Source of the DNA: Sulfolobales archaeon HS-7
Lineage (GTDB): Archaea > Thermoproteota > Thermoprotei_A > Sulfolobales > Sulfolobaceae
Assembly: GCA_019704295.1 (NCBI GenBank)
Contig: AP024596.1
Location: 992,001 to 1,056,000 of the forward strand
DNA: 64,000 nt
Reading direction: 5' to 3'
Of the stretch, positions 62,671 through 64,000 are shown piece after piece. A program made the position numbers and the translations under genes. The notes beneath the pieces are model-generated. The model saw only the letters and a list, made by a program, of their open reading frames with translations. It made no database searches and was not told the origin of the DNA. The first letter of the stretch is position 1. Each line of letters opens with the position of its first letter.

Positions 62671-64000
62671 ATGAAAGTTGGAAACTATATTTTAGGTTTA
62701 GTGGTAATGTTTCTAATGGTTGCAACGTTGCTAAGCGTCCCTGCTGGAGCTACGTTAGAGTTCCTGCAAAACTATAACAAACCTGTTTTAACTCCAGCCG
62801 AAACGAACTTGTACTTTCCATATGTTTCCGTCTTGAACGAATATTGGTTCTACACGTCAAATACTCAGATATTTTACTCTCTACTAAGTGGGCAAGTTCA
62901 GTTTGCTGGTCTGGTCCATACCGCACAGATATATCAAGCAATGAAGGATCCTAGCATATACGTTTACGACGGACCTACCTATTCATACTTCTACTTCGCA
63001 TTTAATCTCAAGGAGTACCCTATGAATAATACATATTTTAGGTGGGCGGTGTCCAGCGTTCTGAATTATCAGCTTGTTGAGGAGGAAGCGTGGGCTAATG
63101 GATTAAAGGGAATCGCCTTGCCATATGAGTTAGATCCTACCTTATATTCTTCTTATTATAATCCTCAGATGGCTACGATATATGCACAACATGAGAGCTA
63201 CAACCTTACTAGGGCTATGATGTACTTAAAGGATGCAGGTCTTGTCTATAATAACGCCACTAATACTTGGGATTATCCTAATGGAACTCCTGTTGTTATC
63301 CAAATACTAACGCCACCTAATGCACCCCCTCTAGATGAAGCTTCGAAAATATTAGTCGATGGAGCTCATAGTATTGGATTGGACCTTCAGGTTGAATGCG
63401 TTCCGTTCTCAACTGAGGTACAGTTAGTTGATGAACAGAATTTCCAGATTGACAATTTGGGAGTTGATATATCAGCAATAGCGCCTACGTGTCTTCAGGC
63501 ATTATACGGTTATCCGATTAACTTCCTCGAAACCTCCATAGGGGTATACAACAAGACACTAAATACAGTTTTGGATCAAGCCGCAACTGCAAGTACCGTT
63601 AACCAATCCATAGTTTACACGAAAGAAGCTGAGGTAATGTTACAATACGAACTTCCAGCAATAATATTCGGTTGGGGGAACAGTATAAGTGGTAGTTATC
63701 TTCCTGGATTTGATGGATATACGGGTACTGCAACTCAAGGTGTCTGGCTTACTGACGTTCATCACACCGGTTTAAGTAACGGAACATATGTGTGGGGACT
63801 TACTCCCGAAACTGGGGCTCCCACAACTTATGATATATATACTGTAACAACTGCGTGCGAGTTTGACGGACTTGACGATAATCCTGCTACTCCAACCGTC
63901 TATGATACGGCACTAGTAACCCCTCCAGGAAATCCATTAGGGCTAGAACCTTGGGCAGCCTATAATTACACTATACAGTCTGGGTTAAACGAAACCATAC
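62671..64000 (+). CDS. ABC transporter substrate-binding protein, family 5 (partial, runs off window)
   Basis: Open frame from ATG 62671: MKVGNYILGLVVMFL..., FAFNLKEYPMNNTYFRWAV, YNLTRAMMYLKDAG, LEPWAAYNYT; TATA around 62641; not in ORF track. Confidence 0.85.
   Translation, partial: MKVGNYILGLVVMFLMVATLLSVPAGATLEFLQNYNKPVLTPAETNLYFPYVSVLNEYWFYTSNTQIFYSLLSGQVQFAGLVHTAQIYQAMKDPSIYVYDGPTYSYFYFAFNLKEYPMNNTYFRWAVSSVLNYQLVEEEAWANGLKGIALPYELDPTLYSSYYNPQMATIYAQHESYNLTRAMMYLKDAGLVYNNATNTWDYPNGTPVVIQILTPPNAPPLDEASKILVDGAHSIGLDLQVECVPFSTEVQLVDEQNFQIDNLGVDISAIAPTCLQALYGYPINFLETSIGVYNKTLNTVLDQAATASTVNQSIVYTKEAEVMLQYELPAIIFGWGNSISGSYLPGFDGYTGTATQGVWLTDVHHTGLSNGTYVWGLTPETGAPTTYDIYTVTTACEFDGLDDNPATPTVYDTALVTPPGNPLGLEPWAAYNYTIQSGLNETI

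Noticed and set aside
665-62941. Numerous antisense or nested short ORFs in the track
   Set aside because: Shadow frames of well-supported genes

Overview
AT-rich archaeal chromosome segment. Protein families and TATA/leaderless promoter layout point to Sulfolobales (Thermoproteota). Contents: (1) The spc part of the ribosomal protein cluster (rnp1, S17, L14, L24, S4e, L5, S14, S8, L6, L32e, L19e, L18, S5, L30, L15, secY, adk, DUF106), detached from its usual neighbours. L24 and probably L14 appear to start at near-cognate ATA and ACG codons, and S14 is missed by the ORF track. (2) tRNA-Arg(TCT). (3) Metabolic and transport genes: cysteine-free thiolase with a DUF35-like partner, aconitase, aldehyde and alcohol dehydrogenases, gluconate dehydratase, pyruvate oxidase with an NDH-2-like gene, GH38 mannosidase, glutamate dehydrogenase, an ECF transporter, two MFS transporters and two peptide-type binding proteins. 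(4) One intact tnpB-only IS200/IS605 element plus two relatives (a 315-bp end-only derivative and a decayed tnpB relic), which together suggest a (W)TTAT target motif. (5) The best candidate for an undescribed system: a membrane Hanks-type kinase overlapping tail-to-tail with a gad / wHTH protein / ATPase-PD-(D/E)xK nuclease operon. All calls rest on motif recognition by eye; no searches were run.
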